Below, in pieces: positions 13,138 through 25,051 of a stretch of DNA of 64,000 nucleotides. The notes below the pieces were generated by a model. The model ran no database searches. It saw only the letters and a program-made list of their open reading frames with translations, and was not told the DNA's origin. The stretch spans positions 3,769,119-3,833,118 of the forward strand of contig MU004230.1 of the NCBI GenBank assembly GCA_010405405.1, read 5' to 3'. Origin of the DNA: Microthyrium microscopicum (Eukaryota). How positions within the stretch are numbered: position 1 is the stretch's first letter; every line of letters starts with the position of its first letter. A program made the position numbers and the translations under genes.

Positions 13138-13560
13138 ACTGCGAATACCCAATAACTATATATCGTTGAAAGCTTCAATGATAGAGGTAGCCGTGACTTG
13201 CTTCAACCTATTCACAGTAACTGTTGTGCTTGATGGGCCATGGCAGCCGCATGATGCAATCATGCAAGGGTCAGGCCAAGATAAACTCACACAGCAATGG
13301 TTGGCCAATGAGTTGCATCGTATTTTCATGTGCCATATTTTAAACGATTTACGTTAAACTCATGTACTGTAAGATTGTGGAGCGGGGCGGATGCTGTGGA
13401 ATTTCCGCTGAAGGCGCTGAGTTTTACCTATTTCAGCGTGGTCAGTCTTACAAAGAAATGGGAGATCATATTTCCACATCAGCTTGTTATAGGAATACAG
13501 AGCTCCTGCTTTCATATGCCTGCTGTCTTTGTAAGCATCCACATGTACAAGTACTACACC

Positions 13561-13662
13561 TCTTGCGGCTCAATGAGCGAGTTTGCTAAGCTTCCTGGTG
13601 GAGTCCCAATTTAGACTGCTATGCAAGTATCTACTCTTTGCTTCTTGCGGCTCAATCCGCGA
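13561..13662 (+). promoter_or_regulatory. Paired candidate Zn2Cys6 binding sites TCTTGCGGCTCAATnnGCGA
   Basis: Copies at 13561 and 13643 (82 bp apart) in the divergent promoter between the TF and the oxidoreductase. TATAAA at ~13735. Confidence 0.7.
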
Positions 13663-13891
13663 GCTTGCCAAACCGACGCTCTCTTGAGGTTTCTTTGGTG
13701 CTTCCGGTAGTCTCTGGGCGTAAGGTCGTCGAGATATAAATGTTGAGCAGTATCTGTAGCTTAGTCGCTTCAAATTGATCAATATCACCCTCTCAGATAT
13801 TTAGAGTCTATCATACCTCGTGAAGACTGAATTATATTACTGCAGCACCACGTCTTATCATTTCAAGTCTCAATTCAGCATATACCTAACA

Positions 13892-14899
13892 ATGGCAGTC
13901 CATGAGAGCGTCCTTTTCATTGGCGCCGGCTATGTTGGTCAAAACATCCTCGACGAGCTCCTCGCAGCAAAATACCCCGTAACGACATTCGTGCGACGTC
14001 CAGAGCAAGCGGCTATATTCGAAAGCAGCGGCGCCCAAACCGTGCTTGGGAGCCTCAGCGACCTTGAACTTATCACTGCCCAGGTCGCCCAGCACGAAAT
14101 CACCATTAACACGGCCTCCGCAGACGACCTGCCCAGCGTGGAAGCAATCCTAGCGGGGGTACGGCAGCGTGTGAAGGCAGGTCTTCCGAGCATCTACCTC
14201 CATACCAGCGGAGCAGGCGCGGTACACGACGACTCAATGGGCGCCCATAATGACGGTAAGATTTATCGCGACGATACGCCCACTGATATCGAGGCCATAC
14301 CTTCAACCAACCTGCACCGAAACGTCGATATCGCCATCGTTGAGGCAGCGCACGAATTCGGAGATACGGCCAAGATTGTCATCATGCTCCCAGCCCTTGT
14401 GTATGGGTACAACCCAGCACATAAGCGACACACTCAAATTATTTCCCTCCTGGTGCGCTTCGCTCTCAAGCGCGGATTTGCCGGTTACGTAGGAGAAGGC
14501 CGCAACCTCTGGGCTGCAGTGCACGTCAAAGACCTCGCGCGAGCGTTCATGACGGTACTGGAGCACACTGAAAAGGCTCCACCAGGAGCCCTAGTGGAGA
14601 ATCCGTACTTCTTTGCAGAGGGTGGGACTGAAAGTTCGATGAAGGAGGTTGCGGAGCATCTTGCTCAGACTTTGCATGATATTGGCAGGATTCCAGGGGC
14701 CAAGGCGCAGTCTTGGTCTGAATCTGACTATGCAGAGGTTCTGGGTCCTATGACAGCGCCAATCCTCGGGTGCAATGCTAGATGTCAGGCGATTAGGTTG
14801 CGGGAGTTGGGATGGAAGCCTACGGAGAAGGACATGTGGACCAGTTGGAAGGAGGGTGAGATGTCTTCGATGGTGGCGGCGTTAGACTCGGCGTCTTGA
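13892..14899 (+). CDS. NAD(P)-dependent epimerase/dehydratase-like (atypical/extended SDR) oxidoreductase, 335 aa, intronless
   Basis: VLFIGAGYVG Rossmann motif; YLHTSGAG, PALVYG, VHVKDLARAF and RLRELGWKP motifs. ATG at 13892. Confidence 0.9.
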   Translation: MAVHESVLFIGAGYVGQNILDELLAAKYPVTTFVRRPEQAAIFESSGAQTVLGSLSDLELITAQVAQHEITINTASADDLPSVEAILAGVRQRVKAGLPSIYLHTSGAGAVHDDSMGAHNDGKIYRDDTPTDIEAIPSTNLHRNVDIAIVEAAHEFGDTAKIVIMLPALVYGYNPAHKRHTQIISLLVRFALKRGFAGYVGEGRNLWAAVHVKDLARAFMTVLEHTEKAPPGALVENPYFFAEGGTESSMKEVAEHLAQTLHDIGRIPGAKAQSWSESDYAEVLGPMTAPILGCNARCQAIRLRELGWKPTEKDMWTSWKEGEMSSMVAALDSAS

Positions 14900-15506
14900 T
14901 ATGTAGAAAGATCTTAACACCGAATACAGTCGTGGCAATAAAAGAATTTCCTCAATTGCAATCTACAGTTCCTACAAAATAACCAAAAATGACAAAATCT
15001 GTTACTACTGCTTTCTTACTTTCTTTTGACCTACAAGGAACTGATAGATGTGTTGGAAAAGCTATAATCTAGAGGAGTTTGCTCCGAAGTTGCTATGCAG
15101 AAAGAAGAACTCTAGCCCCTGAAGTGTCAACTGGTGGACAAAGTAACTGACGTGCTGCCATCGAGTTCGATGGCTTGCAACCGCGAAGTCGGAGTCGATT
15201 CCGAGCTCACTGCGTAGTGATTTTGGTGCTTTTGAGCGGTGCATACACAAGTGTATGTGTTGGGCTGATGCTGTTCGAGCTTCTACATCGTGTTGAAGCT
15301 TCGCTCCGCTTGACAAACTGCTTACATCGTGGTGTAGAGCTGACCGACGAGCTGCTTGGGCTGACAAATCATTCCGACTGGACCACCAGGTAGTTCTTTA
15401 CGACCATATGGCTGTGCCATATTGCATGTTCAATAAGACTCTTCTCGGTCTTTAGAGGATGCTGCCAATCTGTAGACTGTACCAGAGAAGGGTTCGGCGT
15501 TATGCC

Positions 15507-15609
15507 TCTTGCGGCTGAATGCGCGAGCTGCACTAGCGATTGGCGGCTTTTGATCGCCTTACAACTGCACGACATCGCTGAATATAACCTCTTGCGGCTC
15601 AATACGCGA
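15507..15609 (+). promoter_or_regulatory. Paired candidate Zn2Cys6 binding sites TCTTGCGGCTSAATnCGCGA
   Basis: Copies at 15507 and 15590 (83 bp apart) upstream of the SDR gene. TATA-like element at ~15793. Confidence 0.7.
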
Positions 15610-15920
15610 CTTATCCTCTCTTTCTCATTATAGGCTTCTGGCGATCCTGTTTCCTGCTACTGGTTCAGATCGCATCTTGCTTATCAACACTCACCGCAAG
15701 CATGATGCGCCTTTCCCATTGCCTTTAAGACGGCCAAGTAGTGTCATGGCATGATGAGGATCAACATCGGATTTGTGTACCATACTCAGCCATATATAGA
15801 GGCCAGAAGGCATCGCTCCAGAAGGAACTTAGGCTGAGCTGATCTTTGCTCGACAGATACGAGCAAGCACAAAACACCTTCAAATAACCTTTTCTTCTAC
15901 ATTCCATGAAGCATCATATC

Positions 15921-16732
15921 ATGGCCGCTAAATCTCCTGTTGTCCTTATTCTCGGCGCTGGCTCAAATGTTGGACAGGCTGTCGCTCGAACCTTTGCCTC
16001 TAATGGCTATAAGGTCGCTCTTGCTGCCCGCTCACTGAAAGAAGCCGACAGCACTGACAACCAGCTGAATATCCCGAGCGACTTCTCCAAGACCGACGAT
16101 GTAGTCAATGCCTTTACCAAAACCAAGGCGGCGTTTGGCATTCCTAGTGTCGTTATATACAATGGCAAGCTCTTCTCCACTACAGTGACACTGCCACTCA
16201 GCTAATATTCAGCAGCCAGTGCTGGGAACTTCACACCCGCCGACGATCCCTTTGCTCTCACCCTTGCGGACTTCAATAAAGACACGAATATAAATCTCTT
16301 CAGTGTCTTTGTAGCGGCACAACAAGCCGTTCTGGGCTTTGCAGAACTTCCAGCGTCGGCTGCGCGTACCTTTATCTATACTGGCAATGTCTTGAATGTC
16401 GCTATCCTCCCGAAATTCGTTTCCGCCGGTGTTGGCAAGTCAGGCACTGCCCATATGATCTGGGCTGCCTCAGCAGCCTATAAAGATCGTGGATACAAGT
16501 AAGCTCATGATCCACTTTAGGCATTTGCACATTATGCTAACAGCGAGGAAGATTCTACTACGCCGATGAACGAAAGGCGGATGGTTCACCTAAATACAGC
16601 ATTGATGGTGATGCACATGCAAGGCTTTACTGGCAATTGGCCAACGATGAAACTCAGGGCTCATGGATGCAGACGTTTGTCAAGGGCGTAGGATACAGAA
16701 AGTTTGATACTTTATACACGCCTCTCTCGTGA
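15921..16732 (+). CDS. Short-chain dehydrogenase/reductase (3 exons; first intron GC-AG)
   Basis: MAAKSPVVLILGAGSNVG... Intron 16165-16215 (GCAAGC...GCTAAT...CAG) gives VIYNASAG. Intron 16499-16551 gives GYK|FYYADERKADG. Stop TGA 16730-16732. An upstream in-frame ATG exists at 15906. Confidence 0.9.
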
Positions 16733-19538
16733 GGCGCTACTAATGTCGACGGTTGATGTAGCCAGTCTGGGAAAGACCAATGTTGCGGGCAGAATCTCCT
16801 AAGGCAGATTATAATAAGCTTACGACGGACGATAGTGTGAGGATATACCTAGAGGACGTATGACAGATCTCGCGAGTCGATCCTTGTGTCTACCGGTGAT
16901 AAATTGCTTCTTGAAAGCGCCAGTTTCTCTGGATAAATGCTTCTTCCATCATTGTCTCAATACTTTGATAACCATACGGAGTGGAGTATTACCTTTCGTC
17001 ACTAGACTATGAAGATTCGGCCCGTATGTCCTACTAACTTGGTCAGCAGTCAAATTGCCAGTCATGTAATGATTGTTCCACTCATTTCTCTTGCATGAAA
17101 CCATCACTATGGCTGCATCCAGAGTATGCGACTTCATGTCAATGACCTGGGGTAACACTCGCTTCAGTTGCTAACAGCTATTTCGTAAGTTAGTCGAAGA
17201 CACATCCCTTACTGTCAAATTGTCATACAAGAGTTATTTAGCTAGCACAAGCCTCATTTTGTTCTAAAGGATAGACCCTTAGGCCTGTTTCACCGGACTA
17301 CTATACCATTACCATATCTTTAGTTCTCGAACTAGAAATTGTCCTCCTCGCCTTGAACATGCGGAACTTCTCCCTGTCCTCGTCTAGCTCGAGAAAACTA
17401 ATCCGCCATCCCGGACTGTGGGTCGATGCCAGCATTTCAAAAGCACTTCGTCCAAGATCGTCCAAGAAGGCGTATTCTGCACATCGCCTTTCCTTTCACG
17501 AAGTAAAACACCTCGGCTCTATAGCTGCATGACACCCCAGACAAGAACTTCCGACAGCTTGGAACCACCCGCCTCCTCCTGGCCACGTACGTCCTGCTAC
17601 CAACCATCTTCACGGCATGGGGGTGAAGACAAGAAGACAGCTGTGGAAAGCACATCATCCAAAGGATATCTTTTCCAAACTAAAACATTGACCGACTTCT
17701 CGCAAAAATAGAGCTTCTTGGTTCTATCGTCTTGCATCTGCACATCAATCCAAAGCTGCACGCGCAACTGGCCAATGCAGCCAACCCTGCGATGCTCTAA
17801 TGCAATAGCAGCCGCAATTATACATATGCTTAGCTGGGATACATCGTGCAGTTCTAGTGACAGCCGCTCTTGTACCATAGAGTAGCTATGTACCTTCTTG
17901 TACCCTTCTACACTATGTACTAGATATCGGATTATCCGCTGCACGAATCGCGCTGCCGACTTGTTCATCCTCGCTGTGGCTTGCACGCCGCTTGATACGC
18001 TTTTAGGTCTTATTAGCGATTCGCAAAGAGGGTATGAGGCTGAATTCCATTCTGCTTAGTAGTGAAGTACGATGTAGACATGTTGATGGGGCTGATGTAC
18101 GAATCTGATTTGGGAATTGAATTGGCTGGCTGGACGATTTAGTAAACTTTCGAGAGGTTCATGCGCTCAAAGAAACGCTGTCGCTATCAGATCCCGATTC
18201 CGCCTCGGCACTTGCAAAGGGACACGAGTTTTGGGGACTGATGCGGCTCTATCAATTGGGTATATGTTTCCTGGCTTGATATCGAAAGCTTCGCTGGCTT
18301 GCAAAAGGTTGCGTCGTGGACAGGGGATGCTTGAAAGTGAGTACATTGCAGATATGTAGTTGCAAGTGGAGTTTGATACTACTGCACAAGCATAATTTGA
18401 TATACTAGAAGATTGGCGTGCTTTGAATTAGTCTTTAGATGTGCAGAGACGTTTGGCTGCATATAATTTTCCACCATAGGGAAGAATTACGGAGCGCCAC
18501 ATCGTCTTACGCTATGTTTGCATGTAGAATACTAGTTTTCTTCATGTAGGCATAAGGGATATTTTCTCATCGACTCACTCGTGCTGGGAGAAGGCTGGCC
18601 ACCCTGTGTTCTCGGACAACCTAGTTCTCAAAGAGATGATCCTGAGGAACGTGAAAGGTGATATTGACACCATGTTAGCAATAAAAGGAAGCATAAAAGA
18701 TATACCGGGTATCGTAATACAGTACAATAGAGAACAGCCCCTAAACATTCCCGCCATGTCATCAACAGGTAGCAGCAGCCAGTCCCCCTAGCCATTCAAT
18801 TCCCTGTCAATTCATTTCATATGGAGTTGGCCAGACCGACAGCTACTGGCGCAGTGATGAGGCAGAATTGTTGTCCAGACGATCTCAAGTGGTTGTTGTT
18901 TGGGAAGTGGTGAAACGGGCGATGTAGCCCAGCCATTCAACAACTCGTCACTGCGTGCATATCGATCCGCGGTCCATGTGAAATACTCGTGATGAGGTCT
19001 CGGTAAGTGTTCTGACCCAGTGAAGGAGTAGGATCTGAAGACTGGCTAAGGTCAGGCCTTGAGCAGCATAGGCAGTCTGCGCGTCCAGATCAGCTCCAAA
19101 ACTTCAGGGGAACTGCTTCTGCACACATATCGTATGACAGACTTGAGAACAATGTCGTTCCCTGTCCAGTATTCAATCAATGGGTTGTTTTCTCATCCAT
19201 GCAGCCGGTGTCCTTCAAAGCAGAGGCATCTCAAACAGGACAATGGATAGTCAGGCCCGAGCCACCTGAGCAGCCCATCGAAATCAACGCCAGTCGCCCA
19301 TCATGAGCTACGAGTCCAGCTTATCGAGCGCCGCAAACACCTTCGAATACAGCCGTCCCAGATCCCCATCCACCACACTTTCCTCCACCTCCTCCTCATC
19401 ATCACAATGTCCCACGCTCTCCTTCCCTCCTGCCGATTCACCATTGCTCATAACCGTAGTCCCCCTGCCAGCTCCTTTCCATCCACTTTCCCTCTTCTTC
19501 CCCGTCTTCTTCTCCCAGTTCTCCATCGGCGGCCCATC

Positions 19539-21810
19539 CTAAAGCCCGCCAAAGTCAAACCAGTAATCATCATCCAACCCCTCGCGTCCCGGATTCCTCG
19601 GCTCCTGCGCATCCAGATCCTCATATCGAATATTCAGCAATCGAATCCGTAGCCCATAGTTCGCAATCATTTCCTCCAATCTCTCCGTCTCTGCCGTAAT
19701 GGGCCGCTGATTCAGCAGCATGAGTAGACCGTCTACCCACTCGCTCGCCAGCGTTTTCGAGCCTGGGTGAAGCTGTAATAACACCGTCTCCTTATTCTCC
19801 GCACTCGCGCTAGGTCTCCTGGGCGCAGACGGACTCATTGGGTTCGCGGGCGTTGGTGGAGCGGCAAAACCGTAGACTGTGATCTTCGCGGAGGCGGTGG
19901 TGTTACCACTGCCATCTTTGGAGATCTTGGTATTGCTGAGCGTTTTGTCGGAGGCGGCGGAGATGGATGGGGAGGGTGGTGGCGAGGCTGAGATGTTGCT
20001 AACAACTGAGCTCACGCGTGAAAGGTCCAGTTTCTCAGTGAGTTGGTCGAGACCTGGACTAGGTTCTTTTTGGGCATCAAAGTCTGCGTAGTGCAGCCAT
20101 CGACGGTTGTGTGAAAGGCGTACGAAGCGCCAGCTGGAGGCGGTGGCGCGGTTGACGTTGTGTTTTGTGACGGGGCCAGAGTCTGAGTAGCTGAAGGATG
20201 TTGGGAACCAGGCGCCGTCGAGAAGGCAGCGGATGCGCTGTTCTTTGACGAATTGGGCTGCCTCGTCTTTGAGGTCATCGTTGACGAATCTAGGGGGCAT
20301 TGTTAGTGAAATCTTGGTGATAGGATGTCGTGACTTACTTAAGATGGTGGCCCCAAGCGTGCTCGTAGGTCTCTTCAATGAGCTCCATCTGCCGTCGTCT
20401 TAGCTTCTGATAATCCGTCTCTGAGAGATCGTGCTCGACGTCCGCAATATCCTTCATCCTCGAAGCATTGCCCACGATATCCGCCACCAATATCTTGACC
20501 AACTCCGCCACTTTCTCAAAGTCACCAACCTCCGCACCCGTAACCTTCCACAGCCGTAAGAACGCATTAAGTCCCGCCGTATGAAGTCTCGACCAATGCA
20601 GCAGCAGCGGCTTGAACGCCTTGTCAATATTATGTCTCGACTCAAGCACAGCATAGGCCTTTGCATCATCCAAATCCCCCTCATGAATTCCAAAGTGCTC
20701 ATACAGCACATACGTGACCGCCAAACTCGCCCTCGCGATCGGACACCTCAGCTCCGACGCCTTGTTCGTCTGTTCAAGAATCAGCTTTCTAAACTGATCC
20801 TCGTTCTTGACCACAAAGTCCGTCAAGTCCATCATGCCCAAAAACCCCGTCTCCTCAAATTCGGCGCCAGGCATCTCGCTCTGAAAGCCAATACGTCGCC
20901 AACGCTCCGGATCTCGATTCCGCTTGCTGCCACCTCCCCTACTGGATCCTTGGGCATAAGTATCAGACGGTGAGTAGCTGGCGAAACTTATGCTGCGTAG
21001 AGCGCGCTTGTGTTCCGGTTTATCCATATCGACGCGCACGTCGCGCCATTTGCGTAGCATTATTTTGGTGAGTGACTGGAATTCTAGGAGCGGTTGCGCA
21101 AGGTCTGACAGCGCTTGGCCTTGCATGAGCCTATATACGGCGCGGATGACGCCTAGATCTTGTAGCTTCTTGATGAATTTAGGCCATTCCGCCTCGGCGT
21201 CGTTGGTGACGGCTTCCCGGATCAGCGAGTTTATAAGTTGCAGCGCATTTGCTGCCAATTGCGTCTCGTCCACCGAAGATAGAATGCTGACCAGCATTTC
21301 GAGAAAAGACGGATGTAATGTAACAGCTGGCTTGAGTGCGCGAAAACCAGATGTACCCCGTCCATCCCCAAAAGTATGCGGCCGCGAAGTAATCGCTACC
21401 AAAACGGAAACAGCGCTCCTCAGAATATTGACCAGAGGATTCGTGACGACCAATTGTACTGCCTGCACATATATCAGCCATGCACCCTTTAAAAAAGCAT
21501 CTATACCCCAAATGCCAATCAACGCTATAATTTCAAAACTCACCCTCTCAACCAACTCCTCCGAAACATAATCCCACCCCATATCCAAATCCAGCAATTT
21601 ACAAAACGACGTCAACGCATACGCCAACGTATTTCCATTCGCGCGCAGCGTAAGATCCGTAAGTTTGGGTAATCCGCCTTGCGATATAAAGACATCTGCA
21701 AACGCTGGATCGCCCAGTGCAGCTTGCAGCTTGAAGACGGCCATTTTGCGGTATGAGTCTTCTTCGCTGCCGAGGTGCGCGACGAGGTCGGGGACGGTCA
21801 TTGTGTCCAT
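19539..21810 (-). CDS. ELMO/CED-12 family protein with C-terminal PH domain (3 exons)
   Basis: ELMO-domain motifs WRRIGFQSEMP and GFLGMMDL..CPIARAS; PH region QRIRCLLDGAWF...WRFVRLSHNRRWLHY. Introns 21463-21543 and 20290-20338. Confidence 0.9.
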
Positions 21811-23288
21811 CGCTAGGGAGGGGAGGGTATTGGGTGTTGGGGCGGTTATGGGTTGTGGTAGAGGAGGTGAGGGCGGGTTCTCGTGATGGCGCGTGAAAGG
21901 TCGTGTTGGCGATAGGCGGTAGGGTGTTTATATTATAGATTATGCGGAAGAGCGGGTATCGATCGTATTTGGCGGTTGTGGTAACACAATGCAGGACTGA
22001 CTACTGGTGGTACTCATGCGCGACGTGGATTTGGAGCCGACAGGTCTAAGGAAGACCGCATGGATTTGTAGTAATTGACTCAGAAGGAAGTGAAATGCAT
22101 AATTCACAGAGAATAGGGTGAAAAGATAAGATATGGCATGGGGGAATAAATTGGTGGTCACAAGTGATGTTAAGGGGTGAGTTGAGATACGATTACCGAA
22201 ATTTGGAGAGCGAAGTTACATGGGCCATTCAATGGAAAAGCATTGCATCGCGATATGGTCCGAGCTTTTTTGATATTCGTTTAGATACGAATGGAAATAT
22301 ATTTCACGACTGATCTTGATTCGTAAACATTGTTTGCGCAAACTGGATTGTAGTACATCTCTGAGTCTGGGCGAGATATTGATGGGGCGGTACGTCTTGC
22401 TTGTCGTCCATTGATCGACTGCTCAAGTCAACGGATACCAATCACTCTACACTGGGCAACACCATAATTTAATAATTTGATCATGGCTTTGTTGCTTCTA
22501 CTAGCCTGTCATCAATTATATACAGGTAATCCCTGAATTCCTCATTTCAATGCTAAAAGTCAGAGCTATTTCATACTCAACTCGCTAAAACAATCGTTTC
22601 AATACCGCCCGTAGACAGATAGCCACACTGTATGCCTATGGAAAAAAAGAAGCCCAATGCCTTGATTTGTTGGCACAAAACGCCGTGATTATGCATCATG
22701 ACTCGTGATGATCGTTGTACAATCCAGTTACTAGTCTCACTCGCAACGAAAGTCGAGCTTCTTATGCCTGATATCTGCTGTCTGTCTGTGCAAATCCTTG
22801 GGCTGACAAATGCCGTATATCAACAACTCTCGACACTGATCTAACACCACACTACCAGGGGTATTCAGCTGAAATAAACAGGGTAGCCATCCAAGATATT
22901 GTTGTACAAAACATGCTAAGTTGGGGTATAGGAGATGGTGAAAAAATGGCCCAATCGCCACCACACTCGACTCAGTAATAGTACTCCTCGGGTCGATGAA
23001 TTGGTTCCAGAGCCACCCATTGCCCCGCGATATGGCTGTCACTAAATGTAGTGACATATATCTTTGTCTGTTTGTTCCTCCTCAAGGTTCTTTTGAATGT
23101 CGATTTTTGCATTACTGTAGTAACAAATCTGATCCGAAGGAATGGAGATCTCAGCGTCTTCTCGATCGGATTCATTTCTATCCTGAGGTCAGGTTTTCGG
23201 GGTTCTTCGGGGACTTGTGCTGGTTCTGACGCGCTCAATGAAGATTGTGATGCCGCTCCTATGGTCCCTGATATTAGCCGAAAGTAAC

Positions 23289-25051
23289 TCATCGTCTCCA
23301 CCCGACGTTCCAAACAACTGTTGCAATATCCCTTGCGGTGTTCATACCATCGATAATAGCACCAACCACACCGCCTGTTTGGGAGCCGTTTTGAGAGTCA
23401 TCGTCGGGCATCAACATGCCACTTGGAGTACGTCGCATACCTCGTGCATGATCGGCTTCATCGTGTGCTGTCTGAAGCATATGTTCCTCATCTATTGGTC
23501 CAGCATTTTCCATGGAGTAGCCATCGGCAAACGCGTCAAAAGTGACTGAATTGAGCAGATCGGAAAGTTCTTCGTCGCTTTCACTTCTGATTAGATAGTT
23601 CTTGGAAGGATCCGTAGGGCGAAGTGTCTCCGACGAAGGTGAAGGAGAAAGTTGTCCACGGAAGCGATTTCGCGAAAGGGAGTGAGACTGGCTATCCATG
23701 GATTCTTGTATCATCTTCCCATCGTTCAAAGTTGTTGGTTCTACTTTTGCTATCATCACGGGTCCCTCTGTAGACTTCTTTTTAGGTTTTCGAGGCGGTA
23801 TACGACGGCGAGAATATCGCATCACTAACACATCCTCGTCATCAGGGAGTTCGTGGGCAAGCGGGGAATATGGTTGGCGTTCTGGAACACCATTAGGATC
23901 TTTGAGCTCAATAGCAACGTATTGTTCAACTTGGTCGTTGAAAGATATGTGTTTTCGCTCTCCTAGCTCAGATGGAGTTTGCAGGCCAGACGTGGATGAG
24001 GAGGAAAAATAATCCGTAACGTCGTTGTACGACTTGCCCAGTGTGATAAAAGAAGTAGTGCGAGCAAAATCAGATGCTCGACGGCCATTACTCAAAGGAC
24101 GTGCTTGTTGTGCTTGTACCACAGTTGCTGCTTGACGAACAAGTGATGAATTGCTTATCGAGCATTGCAAGATGGCCTGTGAAAGGGTCCTTTTCTTGAG
24201 TATTGGTCTTTTGTTGAGGTTTATAGCGGACTGTGATATTTTGACACGGACTTGTTCATATGGTACAACCCAGGGTCCAGCATTTTGCTTGGGGCCATAA
24301 AGCCATGTGGTGTCGTTTTCTTTCAACCTATCCTTTGTTAATCATGAGACTGATCAAAGGTGATCTGATCCTACCAGTTCAAGTGCTCGGGAGGCAAACT
24401 ACGCAACCCGTTCAATTGTTTCCACCAAGCTCGCCAAGATGCATTTTCAAGACGTCTGCTCTGGCCATACGTATATCGGTCACTAACGACATGCCGCCAG
24501 CTAGCAGAAACTTCCTCGATTTTCCAGCTATAAGAGAGATAATCCACATGGCTTGTTGGAAGATCTTTGATTGCCATATCATCTCCAGATAGATGAATAA
24601 TTGGTGGGCTTGCGGCAGGATGCTCATCACTAGGAGATGATACAGAAGGAGGAGAAGAAGAATCTGGACTGGAAGGTGGAGCCTGTACTTGTTCGTCGTC
24701 TCTGCGCTCAGTTACATCAAAGACATGAAGAGCCAGAGGAAACTTGTTGGCTGTACGAGTTGATTGTTGTTCCGTATCTCTCCGTTTGGCGCTATCGGGA
24801 CTGGGAGATTGTTCTTCGCTAGAAGCAGAAGGTGTTGCTTTCCTGGAGGAGCGGTTCGATTTCGATTTCACGGGTTTCTTATTCTCGGCGTAGTCGGCAT
24901 AACGCGCCAACTTGGCAGAACTCGGGGTGGATGAAGCATTGAGAAGATTTAGAGAGCGGGTAGATGAATTGTTTCTCCGGAGACCTCCAGCAGAGCTTGA
25001 TCGACGAAGACCTTCGCTGCCACTGTTAGCAGATGGTAGAACGGTGGCCAT
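23289..25051 (-). CDS. REG1: Protein phosphatase 1 regulatory subunit, Reg1/Hex2-like (2 exons)
   Basis: VDYLSYSW...RRLENASWRAWWK...LNW|LKENDTTWLYGP; PILKKRTLS and RKHISF PP1-docking-like motif; C-terminal NTARDIATVVWNVGWRR. Intron 24328-24374. Confidence 0.85.

Noticed and set aside
15751..15842. C/D box snoRNA (ATGATGA...CTGA)
   Set aside because: Overlaps the SDR TATA/5' region; no recognisable rRNA guide or terminal stem.
20990..21571. Long antisense ORFs in the track (also 53813-54256, 54468-54971, 1976-2389)
   Set aside because: They shadow real genes on the opposite strand or in another frame, as expected from codon bias.
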